From the NCBI RefSeq assembly GCF_004010195.1, contig NC_057759.1, positions 3,566,397 to 3,610,166 of the forward strand: 43,770 nt of DNA. The letters run 5' to 3'. This document shows, piece by piece, positions 22,740 through 34,499 of this stretch; position 1 is the stretch's first letter; the number at the start of each line of letters is the position of its first letter. This DNA is from Chiloscyllium plagiosum (lineage: Eukaryota). The position numbers were made by a program, and so were the translations under genes. The notes under the pieces were generated by a model that worked only from the letters and a program-made list of their open reading frames with translations, was not told the origin of the DNA and ran no database searches.

Positions 22740-23640
22740 CTTGGGGGCAGGAGAGTTTCAATGATTGAGAGAGGTTGGACAGACTGGGGTTGTTGTCCTT
22801 ACAACAGAGTGGATTGAAAGAGAGGGATGTGTAAAATGATGAGGGGTGAAGATAGGGGAGGCAGGAAGAAACTTTCTCCCCTTGACGGAGGTGGGGGGAG
22901 GGGTATAAATTGAAGGTAAGGGCCAGGAGATTGAGGCGATGTGAGGAAAATCTTGTTCACACAGAGGGTGGTGGGGAATCTGGAAGTCACTGCCTGTAAG
23001 GGTGGGAGAGGCAGAAACCGTCATCACACTGATTTAGATGTGCACTCGTGACGCCAAGGCTATGGGGCCAAATACTGGGGAAATGGGATTAGAGAATATG
23101 AGGTGGTTGTTTCTGACCATTACAGGCTCGATTAGCCTTTTTCTGAGATGCAGACCACTCGGAAACTATGACTATGTATTTTACTTCCAAGATACCATCT
23201 AAAGTGATTTTGTATATTTCATGTTCAGAGATGAGGGGTTTGTCTTCAAAAGAGAGATTGAGCAGTTAAGGCCAATATGCTCTGAAGTTTAGAGGAATGA
23301 GGGGAGTTCCAACTGAGGGATATAGGGTGGTAAAGGAGGTGGGATTGACAAAGGAGACAGAGTGAGGATGTTTCCTCACGTGTGACAATTTAGAACGAGA
23401 GGGTCATTGTTTCAGGAGAAGGGGGTGGGGATTGAAAAGAAAGATGTTGAGAAATAGCTTCGGAATATCTGGGAATTCATCCCCCAGTGTGTGTGTGTGT
23501 GTGTGGCGGAGGGGGGGGGGGCGATGTCAGGACACTGGCAATATGTCTATCCCTTCCTTCAATTTATTCAATCAGTGAGGGGTTAAAGGGAGCAGGGGCA
23601 GGAAATTGGAGTTGAGGCTGGGATGAGAACAGTCACAGCC
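22740..23640 (+). mobile_element. Two decayed CR1 3' fragments
   Basis: CR1 ORF2 C-terminal similarity at 22740-23160 and 23225-23640. Confidence 0.65.
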
Positions 23641-23814
23641 ATAAGAAACAAGGGAAGCAGGCTCCCGTGGGTATCCTAGCCCATATGTTGTATTGGTCGT
23701 CCAGCTGCCTGCACATTTTTTAGTGTGGGTGCCTCATAGCACATGCTCAGAAAGCTCTGAATCTGAGGGCCTAAACTGTGTGATGCATCACAGTCTATTC
23801 GTCACTTAATAGCC

Positions 23815-24660
23815 AAGACCATAAGACAGAGCAGCCATTTGGCCCATCATGTCTGCTCCACCATTCTGTCATGGCTGATATGTTTGTTAACCCCATTCTC
23901 CTGCCTTCTCTCTGTAAAGGTCGATCCTCCTACTGGTCAAGAACCTATTTATCTCTGTCCTAAAGACATATTGACAGCCGTCTGCAGTAATGAGTTCCAT
24001 AGATTCCCCACTGTCTGGCTGAAGAAATTCCTCCTCATCTCAATTCTAGAGTTCCCTTCACTCTGAGGCTGTGCCTTCGAGTCTTCGTCTTTCCTACTCA
24101 TGGAAACATCTTCTCCATGTCCACTCTATCCGCGCCTCTCAGTATTCTCCAAGTTTCAATCAGATTCTTCCTCACCCTTCTAAACTCCATTGAGTCGAGA
24201 CTCAGAGACCACAACTTCTCCTCATGTGATAAGGTCTTCATCCCTGGCAGTTTTCTTGTAAACCCCCACTGGACCCCTTCCAAGTTCAGCACGTCCTTCC
24301 TCAGATAGGGGGCCCAAAACTGCTCACAATGTTCCAAACGTGGTCTGACCAGAGCGTTATACAGCTTCAGCAGTACATTCTTCCTCTTGTATTCTACACC
24401 TCCCAAAATGAATGCTGACATTATATTTGCCTTCCTAACTGCCAGCTGAACCTGCCTGTTAACCTAAACAGAATCCTGAGGTTGGACTCCCAAGTCCCTT
24501 CATGTTTAAGATTTCCGAAACCTTTCCCCATTTTGGAAACATTCGCTGTCTCTATTTTTCCTACTATAGTACATAACTTCCCATACTGTATTCCATCAGC
24601 CATTTCATTGCCCACTCTCCAAGCCTGTCAAATTCTTCTGCAGCCTCACCCCTCCCTCAA
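23815..24660 (-). mobile_element. CR1 RT C-terminus and 3' end
   Basis: Reads LYNALVRPRLEHCEQFWAPYLRKD. Confidence 0.88.
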
Positions 24661-25137
24661 CACTATGATCAAAGAAACACTCAAGACAATGAAATGGCAA
24701 TTCTTCTCATGTGAATGATGCTAGACCCAAAGTGAATGGCTCCTTGCCCCAAAGACCAAGGCCAGAGGGACCACTCTCAAACAATAAGCTGTTGTACTGA
24801 GGCAATCAACAGATTGATGTCCTAGGGTCTAAAATTTAGGCATCACCTCAAAACAAGATGTCAGATAAAGCAATTAGCCATCGGTGTAACGTTTCTTCTT
24901 CCAATTCACATTGCCCTGTTGTTAATTTATTGCCCAACTCATCCCTAGTTGTTCCCTTGAGAAGGTAGATATGAGCTACTTTCTTAAACTGCTGCAGTCC
25001 ATATGCTGTAGATAGACACACATTGGATGGAAAGCTGTCTTCAACAGGAAACAGTCAGTCCCCAGGTGGCAAACAATCTGCCCCTGCTGAGATTTTCCAA
25101 CGATTTCTGTGTTTCCTTTTATTTCTTACACTGAGTG

Positions 25138-25750
25138 CCTGAAGAAAGCTAATGAAATGTTGGCCTTTATATCGAGAGGATGAGAGTACAAGGATGCAGA
25201 AGGGATGCTGCAGTTATACAAAACCCTGGTTAGACCCCACTTGGAGCAGATCTGGGCACCACACCTGAGGAAGGATAGATTGGCCTGGGAGGGAGTACAG
25301 CGTGAGTTTACAAGAATGATACCTAGGCTTCAGGGGTTAAGTTATGTGGAGAGATTACACAAATTAAGCGTGTTCTGTCCAGAATTTACATGATTCAGGG
25401 ATGATCTGATTGAAGATATTAATAGGAAAAGACAGGGTGGATAAATTGAAAGTGTTTCGACTGTTTGGGGATCCTAGAAATAGGGAGGGCATAGCCGGAC
25501 AGTTAAGACCAGACTGTTCAGGAGAGATGTTAGGAAGTACTACTACGCATACTGGCTGGGGTAGGTTTGGAACTCTCTTCCACAAACAGCAGGCATTGCT
25601 GGATCAGTTGTTAGTTTTAAATCTTGAGAGATAAGTTTTTTTGTTTTTAAGGGGATAAGGACCAAAGGCAGGTCTATGGAGTCAGGTCACAGATCAGCCA
25701 TTGAATGGTGGAACAGGCTCAAGGGCCTTCTCCATGGCCTCCTCCTGCTC
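25138..25750 (+). mobile_element. CR1 3' fragment
   Basis: Reads LQLYKTLVRPHLEQIWAPHLRKD. Confidence 0.85.
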
Positions 25751-26004
25751 CTTTATACAAATATTCCACATTTATAAATCATGGAACCACCTGCAGTTCC
25801 AAAGTGGCAATCCCACACAATTAGTGATTTCAAACAGAAACTGAAAGTCCAAATATTTTATTTTCACACATTCCATCCTCTGGGTGAAACAATCCTCAAA
25901 TCACTCTCAAAACCTCTTACCCTTCACTTTAAAATGATATCCTCCTCGTTACTAACCCTTCGACTAACAGTTGCTTCCTGTCCTCCCTGTCCATGTCCCT
26001 CATA

Positions 26005-26715
26005 ATAGAGTCATAGAGTCACAGAGCAAGGAATCAGACCCTTCGGTCCAACTAGTCCATGCAGTTCATAATCTCAAACTAAACAATCCAACTTGTTTGC
26101 ACTTGGCCCTTATCTCTCCAACCTTTCCTATTCTTGTACTAATCTAAATGTCTTTTAAACATTGTAACTGACCCCGTAACTGCCACTTTCTCTGAAAGTT
26201 CAATCCACACGTGAACCACTCTCAATCAAAAAAGGTTACCCATCATGTCATTTTCAAAAATGTTTCTCTTCTCAACTGAAAAATATGTTGCCTGGTCTTG
26301 AAGTCCCCCACCCTAGGGAAAAGACACCTGCCATTCACCTCATCTATGCCCATCATGGTTTCATAAACCTCTATACCCCTCAAACTTCTACTCTCCAGTG
26401 AAAATTGTCCCAGTCCATCCAGCCTCTCCTTATAACTCAAACTCTCCATTTCAAACAAAATTCTGATATATCTTTTCTGAACCCTCTCAGCTGAATAATG
26501 TCCTTCCTCTAACAGAGCAACCAGAACTGGACACAATAAACCAGAACAGGCTTCACCAGTGTCCTGTACAGCCACAACAGGGTGTCCGAACTTCAACACT
26601 CAATGGGCTGAGCAATGAAGGCAAGTGTTCTAAACACCTTCTCAAACACAATGTGACACAAACTCCAAAGAATTATGGACCTGAACTCATCAGGCACTCT
26701 GCTCGACAACACTAC
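26005..26715 (-). mobile_element. CR1 3' fragment
   Basis: CR1 3' UTR and an ERVQKR-containing ORF2 C-terminus on the minus strand. Confidence 0.8.
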
Positions 26716-26908
26716 CAATCTTACACACCTCTGTCATGTCCCCCTCACCCATCAACCTTCTCTGTTGTAAAGGAAACAACGCAAACTTCCCTCCAACACT
26801 TCCAGGAAGACATTTGTTTTGCGGACCTTCCCAATCAGATAAATACCAGCATGAACGCTGACCAATAAGTGACGGTGTAGGATCAGCAGCTCACAGAATC
26901 ATACTCAC

Positions 26909-26999
26909 CGTTCAATCGGCTTGACCCGATCTGTGTATTCGAAATTTCTTGCAGGTCTGTCCTCACTCGCGCTCTCAGCTTGATCTTCCATCACCTCCC
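26909..26999 (-). pseudogene. Cytoplasmic exon (91 nt)
   Basis: TTTCATTCCAG|GGGAGG...GAACG|GTGAGT. Phase-1 reading EVMEDQAESASEDRPARNFEYTDRVKPIE. Confidence 0.65.
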
Positions 27000-27169
27000 C
27001 TGGAATGAAATATTTCCAGATCATTACCCAATCAAGTTCCAATCCTGCTCATGACAACAATTTACTGCTGTTTGTGTACATAAACCCCTGGCAGCGAGGT
27101 CACTGAGCTAAGGTCCCAAGGAATGACCTCCTGGAATTGTCCGGAATGTGGCTCAGAACTTGTACGTTC

Positions 27170-27670
27170 ATTGAATCATAAAATTTTACTGTACAGAAGG
27201 AGGCCACTCATGTCTGTACCAGCTCCTGAAAGAGCTACCCAGCTAGTCCCACCCTCCAGCCCTATCTCCATTGCCCTCTACTATCATCCCTTTCAAATTT
27301 ATATCCAGCTCTCTTTTCAAACCTCCTTTGGAATCCACCTCCAACATTCTCCCAAGCAGCACATTCCAAACCCAACAACTCAAATAAGTTTCTCCTTATC
27401 TCACTCTCTCACTGACAATCTTGAAATTCTGACCAGCCAGTTACTAATAGACCAATGAGTGGGAAATTCTGCTTTCCTGTCAGAATTGTTCAAACTTTCA
27501 ACATCTCAATAAGGTCAACATGTCATCTTCTCTGCTTGAAAGAGAATAAGCTCAATCTCTTGAACCTTTTCCGGAATCTAAAATCCCTCATCGTTGTGAT
27601 CATCCTTGTAAATCTCCTTCACACTGTCTCCAGGGTTTGAACATCCTTCCTTAAGTAAGGTGTCCAGAAC
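27170..27670 (-). mobile_element. Old CR1 3' fragment
   Basis: Degenerate similarity to CR1 3' ends elsewhere in the window. Confidence 0.6.
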
Positions 27671-27884
27671 AGAATAAAAACAGCCTGGGTAATAGAAGGC
27701 CAACTCCCTTTGTCAAATGTATTTCTAAATTCAGCTACTATTGCCTGTGAAGGTAAGGTGTTACACAGATACAAAGAAATACCCAATAGATCAAAGGCTT
27801 ATCTCCACTATGATCTAATATTCTCTATTCAGTGCTTGTGCTGTCACTGGAATTAATTTCTTTTCTGCTCTCTGCTTTGTGTTG

Positions 27885-28075
27885 TGTTCGTTAGCTCAGT
27901 TGGCTGGATGGCTGGTTTTAAATGTGGAGTAAAATCAACATCGTGGGTTTGAATCTCTCACTGACTGAGGTTACCATGAAGGACTGTCCTCCTCCGCTCA
28001 TCCCCTTATGAGAGGCATGGTAACCCTCAGGTTGAACCACCATCTAGCAGTTATCACTCTCTTCCCTCTCTCTCT
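27885..28075 (+). mobile_element. tRNA-derived SINE (same family as 19170-19390)
   Basis: A box TAGCTCAGTTGG, B box GGTTTGAATC and shared core. Confidence 0.6.
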
Positions 28076-28449
28076 GACACTCCAGCTGAGGTCCACAGGT
28101 GTCTTTTACAACTTCATCACCACCTCCTTGTTCTTGGACTCTATGCCCCTATTAATAAAGCCGAGGATGCTGTGTGTTTTATTCACTGCTCTCGCCCCTG
28201 TTACGCCGCCTTCACTGATCTGTGGATATATACCCCCAAATTCCTCTGCTCTTGCACCCCGTTTAGAATTTTACCCCCTACTTTGTATTGTCTTTTTGTT
28301 TCTTTCAACCAACAACCTTCACCAAATTTGTGTTGAATCACTTTTGTCTTTATTTTCCAATGTTCATGAATTAAAACCTATTTTGTTAAATCAAACTTGA
28401 TTTTCTCCCTCCTAGTAGTTTTGCTAAATAATAATATAACTCCATGAGA

Positions 28450-28747
28450 ACATGGACCATGAGAACCTTTTTCCACGTATGGAGAAGGGGGAATAACTTT
28501 AAATTAAGGGGTGGTAGGTATAGGACAGATGTTAGGGGTAGATTCTTTACTCAGCGAGTCGTGAGTTCATGGAATGCCCTGCCAGCAGCAGTGGTGGACT
28601 CTCCCTCTTTATGGGCATTTAAACGGGCATTGGATGGGCATATGGAGGGTAGTGGGCTAGTGTATGTTAAGTGGGCTTGGATCGGCGCAACATCGAGGGC
28701 CAAAGGGCCTGTACTGCCCTGTATTTTTCTATGTTCTATGTTCTATG
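28450..28747 (+). mobile_element. CR1 3' end with (TTCTATG)n tail
   Basis: Reads FKLRGGRYRTDVRGRFFTQRVVSSWNALP, followed by a microsatellite tail. Confidence 0.88.
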
Positions 28748-28749
28748 TC

Positions 28750-29580
28750 CACAAGAACATGCAGGCTAGGATCAGGTTGAGTCCATTTGGTCCATCAGGA
28801 ACCTGCTCCACTATTCCATATGATTGCAGCTGATCCCATCTCAGCCTCAACTCCACTTTCCTGCAAACACTCCCTCTGAGCCATCACTGATTAATAACCT
28901 GTCTGTCTCCTCCTCCAATTTATGCAGTGTGGGGGTTGGGAGGAGTGATCCCACAGATTTACAACCCTGTCCTCATTTGAGAGAATTCATTCCCTCTGTA
29001 TTCAGTCTGCCCAGCCCCTTACCCTCAAATGATAACCTCTTGTTCTATATTCTCCCACATGAGCAAATATCCTCTCTCCAACTCCTTTGTCAATACCCCT
29101 TTTAGCATCTTATAACCCTCAGTTAGATCTCCTCTCTTATAAACCCCAGAGAAACTGCTCAATCTCTCATCTAAGACAAACCCTTCATCTCTGGAAATGA
29201 TTGAGTGAATCTCCTCTGAACTACCTCCAGTATAAACTGCATCTGTCCTCAAGTAAAGAGATCAAAATTGTACCAGTCTCTTCTCATAAGACTAAACTTT
29301 CATCTGGGCAATCAATTCGGTGATCTCCTTTGAACTTCCTCCAATTCAACTACATCCCTCCTCAAGTAATGAGACCAAAATTGTCTGCAGTATTCGGATG
29401 TGGAAACCCCAATCCCTTGTACAGTTGCAGTAACAATTACCTACTTCCATACTCCATTCCTTTCGCAATAAATGTCTTCCTTGTGACCTGCTGTAGCCTG
29501 TGCACTGATATTTTTGAACTTTCTCTCCTATTCAGATGATAAGTTCCCTTTTTTAATTCTTCCAACTGCAATGGATAACC
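28750..29580 (-). mobile_element. Old CR1 fragments
   Basis: Minus reading RGDLTEGYKMLKG; partial internal duplication. Confidence 0.6.
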
Positions 29581-29814
29581 TCACCGCTAATGGGACTGAC
29601 CAACGCTCAGTTCACTGTCTAACAGAAATTGTGAGTGTGTCGTCAATTTGAACTGTTGTGCTTTAGATTTGCAAATTGTCAGACACAACAGTTCATTTGC
29701 TCTAATTTGTCTAACAAATGTAAAGTTGCTGGCTTTGCACCCAGAGTGATTTTTCAGCCCATTCAAATAGTGTTTGAATGCTGTTTGAAGTTGCTAACCA
29801 CCTCACTAATTTAC

Positions 29815-29845
29815 CTGTGCCACCGGGAACTGTTGGAAGAATCAG
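29815..29845 (-). pseudogene. Cytoplasmic micro-exon (31 nt)
   Basis: CTTTCTCTCTTATTTTCCCCAG|CTGATTCTTCC...GGCACAG|GTAAAT. Reads ADSSNSSRWH after the TM exon. Confidence 0.55.
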
Positions 29846-30104
29846 CTGGGGAAAATAAGAGAGAAAGAACATGGGAAATTTTTACTGCAAATATTCAGCT
29901 TCTCCTGCTATCAAATAAATCTGGATTCTTTGACTGATGCGCAAACAACAATAATTCCAATTTTAACCTTTAGTTTATATCTGTGCTGACTATTCCTCTG
30001 AACACTGCACATTACTTTGTATGTCTCCCCAAGTAATTTCGTCTGCTACTTGTTCAGCCTGTCCACACCCTCACAAAGCACTTTTCCAAATAGTGCTTTA
30101 TTTC

Positions 30105-30555
30105 TTTTTTAATTCACTGGTGGGATGTGAAAATCACTGGCTGGGCCGAGAATTTATTATCCATCTCTCGTTGACCCCTTTAGAAGGAGGTAGTGAGCTG
30201 CCTTCTTGAACCACTGCAGTCCCTGTGCCGTAGGTAGACCCACGATATCATTAGAGAGGGAACTACAGGATTTTGACCCAGTGACACTAAATGAGTGGCT
30301 GATATATTTCCAAGTTGGGATGGTGAGTGGCTTAGAGGGAAACTTGCAGGACGTGGTTTTCTCATGTATCTGCTGTGCTTGTCCTTCTAGATGGACCTGG
30401 TTGTGGGTTTGGAAGGTGCTGCCTGAGAATCTTTGGTGAATTTTTGCAGGGCATCTCGTAGCTGCTACTGAGGACAGGTGGTGGATGGAGTGGATGTGGT
30501 GCCAGTCAAGCAGGGGCTGCATTGTCCCTGGACTGTGTTCGGCTTCTCAAGTGTG
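30105..30555 (-). mobile_element. L2-type LINE 3' end, decayed
   Basis: Minus reading HIHSIHH...GLQWFKKAAHYLLLKG resembles L2-clade C-termini and their 3' tail. Confidence 0.6.
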
Positions 30556-30821
30556 GTCTACATGACTGACTGACTGACTGTGTGTGTGCCCATGTGTGTG
30601 CCCATGTGAAACTATGCGTAAGTGTCAATGAGAATATGTCTCTCTCTCTCTCACACACACACAGACATGTACACTTTCATACTCTCACTCAAACGCACTC
30701 ACACACATACTCTCTCATACGCACACCCTCGTACACTATGTGAGCAACATTAGTTTGAAACCTACATCGAGTGCAGATTGGAGAACGATCGCCGGTGTTA
30801 CCTGCTGGAGGTCTCACTCAC

Positions 30822-30944
30822 CTTGTTTCCAATTCCGGAGTTTAATGGGAAGCAATGTGAGGAGAGAAAGGATCAGAAACAGTGGGACAATGAGTACTGC
30901 CATCTCAGTGCTGTGTGCCTGTGCTGGATTCTGAGAGGGATTAC
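30822..30944 (-). pseudogene. Transmembrane exon (open, phase 1-1, 123 nt)
   Basis: TTGACAG|GTAATCCC...AAACAAG|GTGAGT. Encodes GNPSQNPAQAHSTEMAVLIVPLFLILSLLTLLPIKLRNWKQ: a hydrophobic stretch followed by basic residues. Confidence 0.8.
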
Positions 30945-31274
30945 CTGTCAATAACATCATCTCTTCAGCAAATACCAACCCCAGTGTTTCCTGTTCCCTG
31001 TCGCCCTGACCCCCTGCCAACACTCGTGTCTGTAAAATCCCGCCCAAACCCTCAGCATTGCAGTAACATCATTGTTTCTGCGCAGCCTCTCTCATTAATA
31101 ACATCCCACCAATCCAACCCAAACTATTCGATGCTAAACTCAAAAGATCACTCTGCACTCACTCTCTCTCAATTGTCGACTAGAAATTACTGTCTCTCAT
31201 TGTTACGGCTTTCATATATTGAGGCAAAACTTCCCTTGTCCTCCACCTGTCAGCGGAAATGGGGCAATCACAGA

Positions 31275-31885
31275 GAAACATCAAAAATACCATTTGGTGG
31301 AGGCCATTCGGCCCCTCCAAACTGCACCGCCCACATAAAGGGATCATGGCTGATCACCCAACACACAGTCCCCTGTCTCTCTTTAACCCCAAAGAACTCA
31401 GTACAACTCCTTCCTGAACAACATTCAGTGTTCTGGCCCTGACTACTTTCTGTGGCAGAGAATTCTACAGGCGCCCCATTCTCTGCATGAAGATATTTCT
31501 CCCCATCTCAGTCCCACTCCATTTCGTTCTGACTGTTACCCCCTGGTTCTGGACTCTCCGCCCGGTCACCGGAAACACCCTCCCCCATGCTTACTCTGTC
31601 TTGTCCTTGTTCAATTTATAGGTTTCTAGGAGATTCCCCCTTAATTCTTCTAAACTCCAGTGAATATCATCCCAACCATTCCAGTCTCTCTCCATCTGTC
31701 AGTCCTGCCATCCGAGGAATCATTCTGGGAAAACTTTGCTGCACTCCCTCCATAGGCACAATATCATTCCTAAAATAAGGAAACCCCAAACTGCGCGCAG
31801 TTTTCCAGGGTGTGGTCTCACCTTGTCCATTTGTAACGAGACATCCCTGCACTTGGACTTGAATCCTCTCGCTATGGAGGCCTCC
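31275..31885 (-). mobile_element. CR1 3' fragment (intron between Ig and TM exons)
   Basis: Minus reading MEGVQQSFPRMIPRMAGLTDGERLEWLG. Confidence 0.75.
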
Positions 31886-32038
31886 CTTATCTGACGAATT
31901 ACTCTCACTCTCCCTTACCCCCACAGATGCTGCCGACTTGCTGAGCTTCTAAAGCAATCTTTTTAGAGTGTTCATGCCAAGACTTCAGCTGGACCCCAGT
32001 GAAGAACGAGCACAGATCAAATATGAAGAATGAATTAC

Positions 32039-32333
32039 CTGGCTCTGTGAGGTTGATGGAATTCCTGGTCACATTAAATATTGTTCCAACCCCTGTTGAT
32101 CGCAACAAGGTATCTGCCTTGGTGCTGGGACTGAAAGGATTCAATGGTCAGTTTTCAATGGTCTGAGCTAAAGTTGTAATTCCTGCTGGCATTGTTTAAG
32201 GCTTACCTTTGAAAGCACCATTGAAAGTACAGTCCTGTACCTTGACACAGTACACACTCTCAAACAAGATGATTCCCAAGCGGAGCCTCCATTTTATTGA
32301 CTCTGGGGGTGAGGAAAACCCCAGCAACAGGAA
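32039..32333 (-). pseudogene. Membrane-proximal Ig domain exon (FCRL/PECAM-like), disrupted
   Basis: Acceptor TTTGTCTTGTTTTGTTCCAG, donor CAG|GTAATT. Phase-1 reading VPVAGVFLTPRVNKMEAPLGNHLV*ECVLCQGTGLYFQWCFQR*ALNNASRNYNFSSDH*KLTIESFQSQHQGRY[fs]...GVGTIFNVTRNSINLTEP. Stops at 32260-62, 32203-05 and 32155-57. Length of 295 nt is not a multiple of 3. Confidence 0.8.
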
Positions 32334-32559
32334 CTGGAACAAAACAAGACAAAGAGGAAATAAAAGATTGGATGTTGAAATTGTCTTTCTTTTCGCAGAT
32401 GTTATCTTCTATGACAAGATAATAACTGACAGAAAGGAGAAATAAAACAACTGTGATTTTACATCGTCGCAAAGTTTCCATCTGTTGTAAAATCTACACT
32501 TCGACAGATTTGTGTAACTATGGATGGTCAAATGGTACATTATCCAACCATTGCCCTCT

Positions 32560-32905
32560 TGATGTTCAATGGTATTACTGTCACTGTCCCACCCCCCCAC
32601 AGTTTCAACATCCCGGGGGTTACTGTCACTGTCCCCACCCCCACACCACATTCAACATCCTGGGAGTTACCATCACTTTCCAGACCCCCATCCCACTGTC
32701 AACATCCTGGAGGTTACTGTCACAGTCCACCCCCACCCCAACCCCAACACTGTCAACATCCTGGGAGTTACCATCACTGATTCTACCCCCCCCCCATACT
32801 GTCAACATTCTAGGGGTTTCTGTCACTGTCCCCACCCCCACCTACTGTCAACATCCTGGGGTTATCATCACTGTTCCCATCCCTCACCCCACTTTGAACA
32901 TCTTC
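32560..32905. repeat. Minisatellite, ~37-45-bp unit, about 8 degenerate copies
   Basis: Recurrent CTGTCAACATCCTGGG(A/G)GTTAC(C/T)(A/G)TCACTGTCCCCACCCCC unit. Confidence 0.85.
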
Positions 32906-32954
32906 CATGCCAGTCAAAAGCAATCACCTCTCTGTTCTCTAACACCATACTCCC

Positions 32955-34075
32955 AGTCGTAAGGTCACAGAACGGAAATAGGCCCTTTGCCCTACCACGT
33001 CCATGCTAACCAAGTCTCCAAACAGAATTAGCCGCATTTGCTTGTGTTTGGCCCATATCCGTCAAAACCTTTCCTATCCATGTATCTTTCCAAATCTCTC
33101 TTAAAGGTTGTTATTGTACTCACTTCTACTACTTCCTCTGGCAGCTCATTACATTTTTTTTTTACATTACATTACATTAGTGTGGAAACAGGCCCTTCGG
33201 CCCAACAAGTCCACACCAACCCGCCGAAGCGCAACCCACCCATACCCCTACATTTACCCCATACCTAACACTACGGGCAATTTAGCATGGCCAATTCACC
33301 TGACCTGCACATCTTTGTGACTGTGGGAGGAAACCGGAACACCCGGAGGAAACCCACGCAGACACGGGGAGAACGTGCAAACTCCACACAGTCAGTCGCC
33401 TGAGGCGGGAATTGAACCCAGGTCTCTGGCGCTGTGAAGCAGCAGTGGTAACCACTGTGCCACCGTACCACCCAATCATTCCAAATACACACCAACCTCT
33501 GAAAACGTTACCCCTCAGGTCACTTTTATATCTTCCCCCTCTCACCTTAAAACAATGCCCTCAAGTTTTGGACTCCCTACCCTGGGGAAAAGATCTTGAC
33601 TATTCACCTAATACAAGCCCCAATGTCTGCAGCAATATACAGATGAAACATCAAAAGGCCATTTAATCTGAGTCTCGCCTTGGTTTGCAAGTACACATCT
33701 AAATCGTTCTTCAATGTGATCAGGATTTCTGCCTCTCCCACCCTTACAGGCAGTGAGTTCCAGATCTCCATCACCCATTGAGTGAAAATGTTTTCCCTCA
33801 CATTCCCCTGTGAACTTCCTGCCCCTTACCTTAAATCGAAATCCCTCCATCAAGGGGAAGAGGAGGTTTCTTCCTGTCTACACTATCTATGCTCCTCATC
33901 ATTTGATACATCTTAATCATGTCCCCACACTCTCAATCTGCTCTCCTCTAAGGAAAACAACCCCAGTCTGTCCAAACTCTCTCCATCACTGAAACTCTCC
34001 AGCCCCCAAGGCAACATCCTGGTAAATCTCCCTCTGCATGCTTTCCCCAGTGCTATCTCATTGCTCTGATAATGT
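32955..34075 (-). mobile_element. CR1 3' fragments, one interrupted by an HE1 SINE
   Basis: CR1 3' UTR at 32955-33150 resumes at 33476. A second copy lies at 33655-34075. Confidence 0.75.
33160..33468 (-). mobile_element. HE1-type SINE, full length
   Basis: Closely similar to 11931-12230. (TGTAA)n tail; possible short TSD TCATT. Confidence 0.92.
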
Positions 34076-34499
34076 CAATTTGTAGAGAGTTGCTTAAAAA
34101 CTCAACTACCTCATTTCCAGTGTGGGCAATCAGCTCTAGGACTAACACAGGGATGCCTGTGATTAAAGCAAACTGTTGGACACTTTTCTAAGGCAGGAGT
34201 TGTTGTTGTGTTCAGCAAGAAACAGTACTCCACCATACAGTCAGAGAGAGACACAGGGTCACAGAGAGGCAGGGAGAAACATAGACATACAGAGGGACAT
34301 AGAGTTTTAAAGAAACAGAGTCAGAAAGAGGCACAAAATCACAGCGTCATCGAGATTAACCGACAGAGTTAAAGCAAGTCATAGACAGGCAAACAGAGAG
34401 AGAGAGACAGAGATACATTAAAAAAAAGACCACGCGGTTTGTACAAGGTGCCTTACTGGGAGGGGGAATCCCTCCTGTCCCCCTCCACCCCCCAATAAC

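Larger units (their letters stand above)
13504..32333 (-). pseudogene. Ig-superfamily (Fc-receptor-like) transmembrane receptor gene remnant with tyrosine-motif cytoplasmic tail; 8 candidate exons
   Basis: Collinear AG/GT-bounded minus-strand exons: 32039-32333 (Ig), 30822-30944 (TM), 29815-29845, 26909-26999, 19474-19505, 17759-17865, 15047-15120 and 13504-13630. Multiple premature stops and frameshifts. No leader or upstream Ig exons were found in the window. Confidence 0.75.

Noticed and set aside
32560..32905. CRISPR-like repeat array
   Set aside because: Eukaryotic context, degenerate units with no unique spacers, and no cas genes.
32453..33009. Overlapping long ORFs in several frames
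   Set aside because: They arise from the stop-poor minisatellite.
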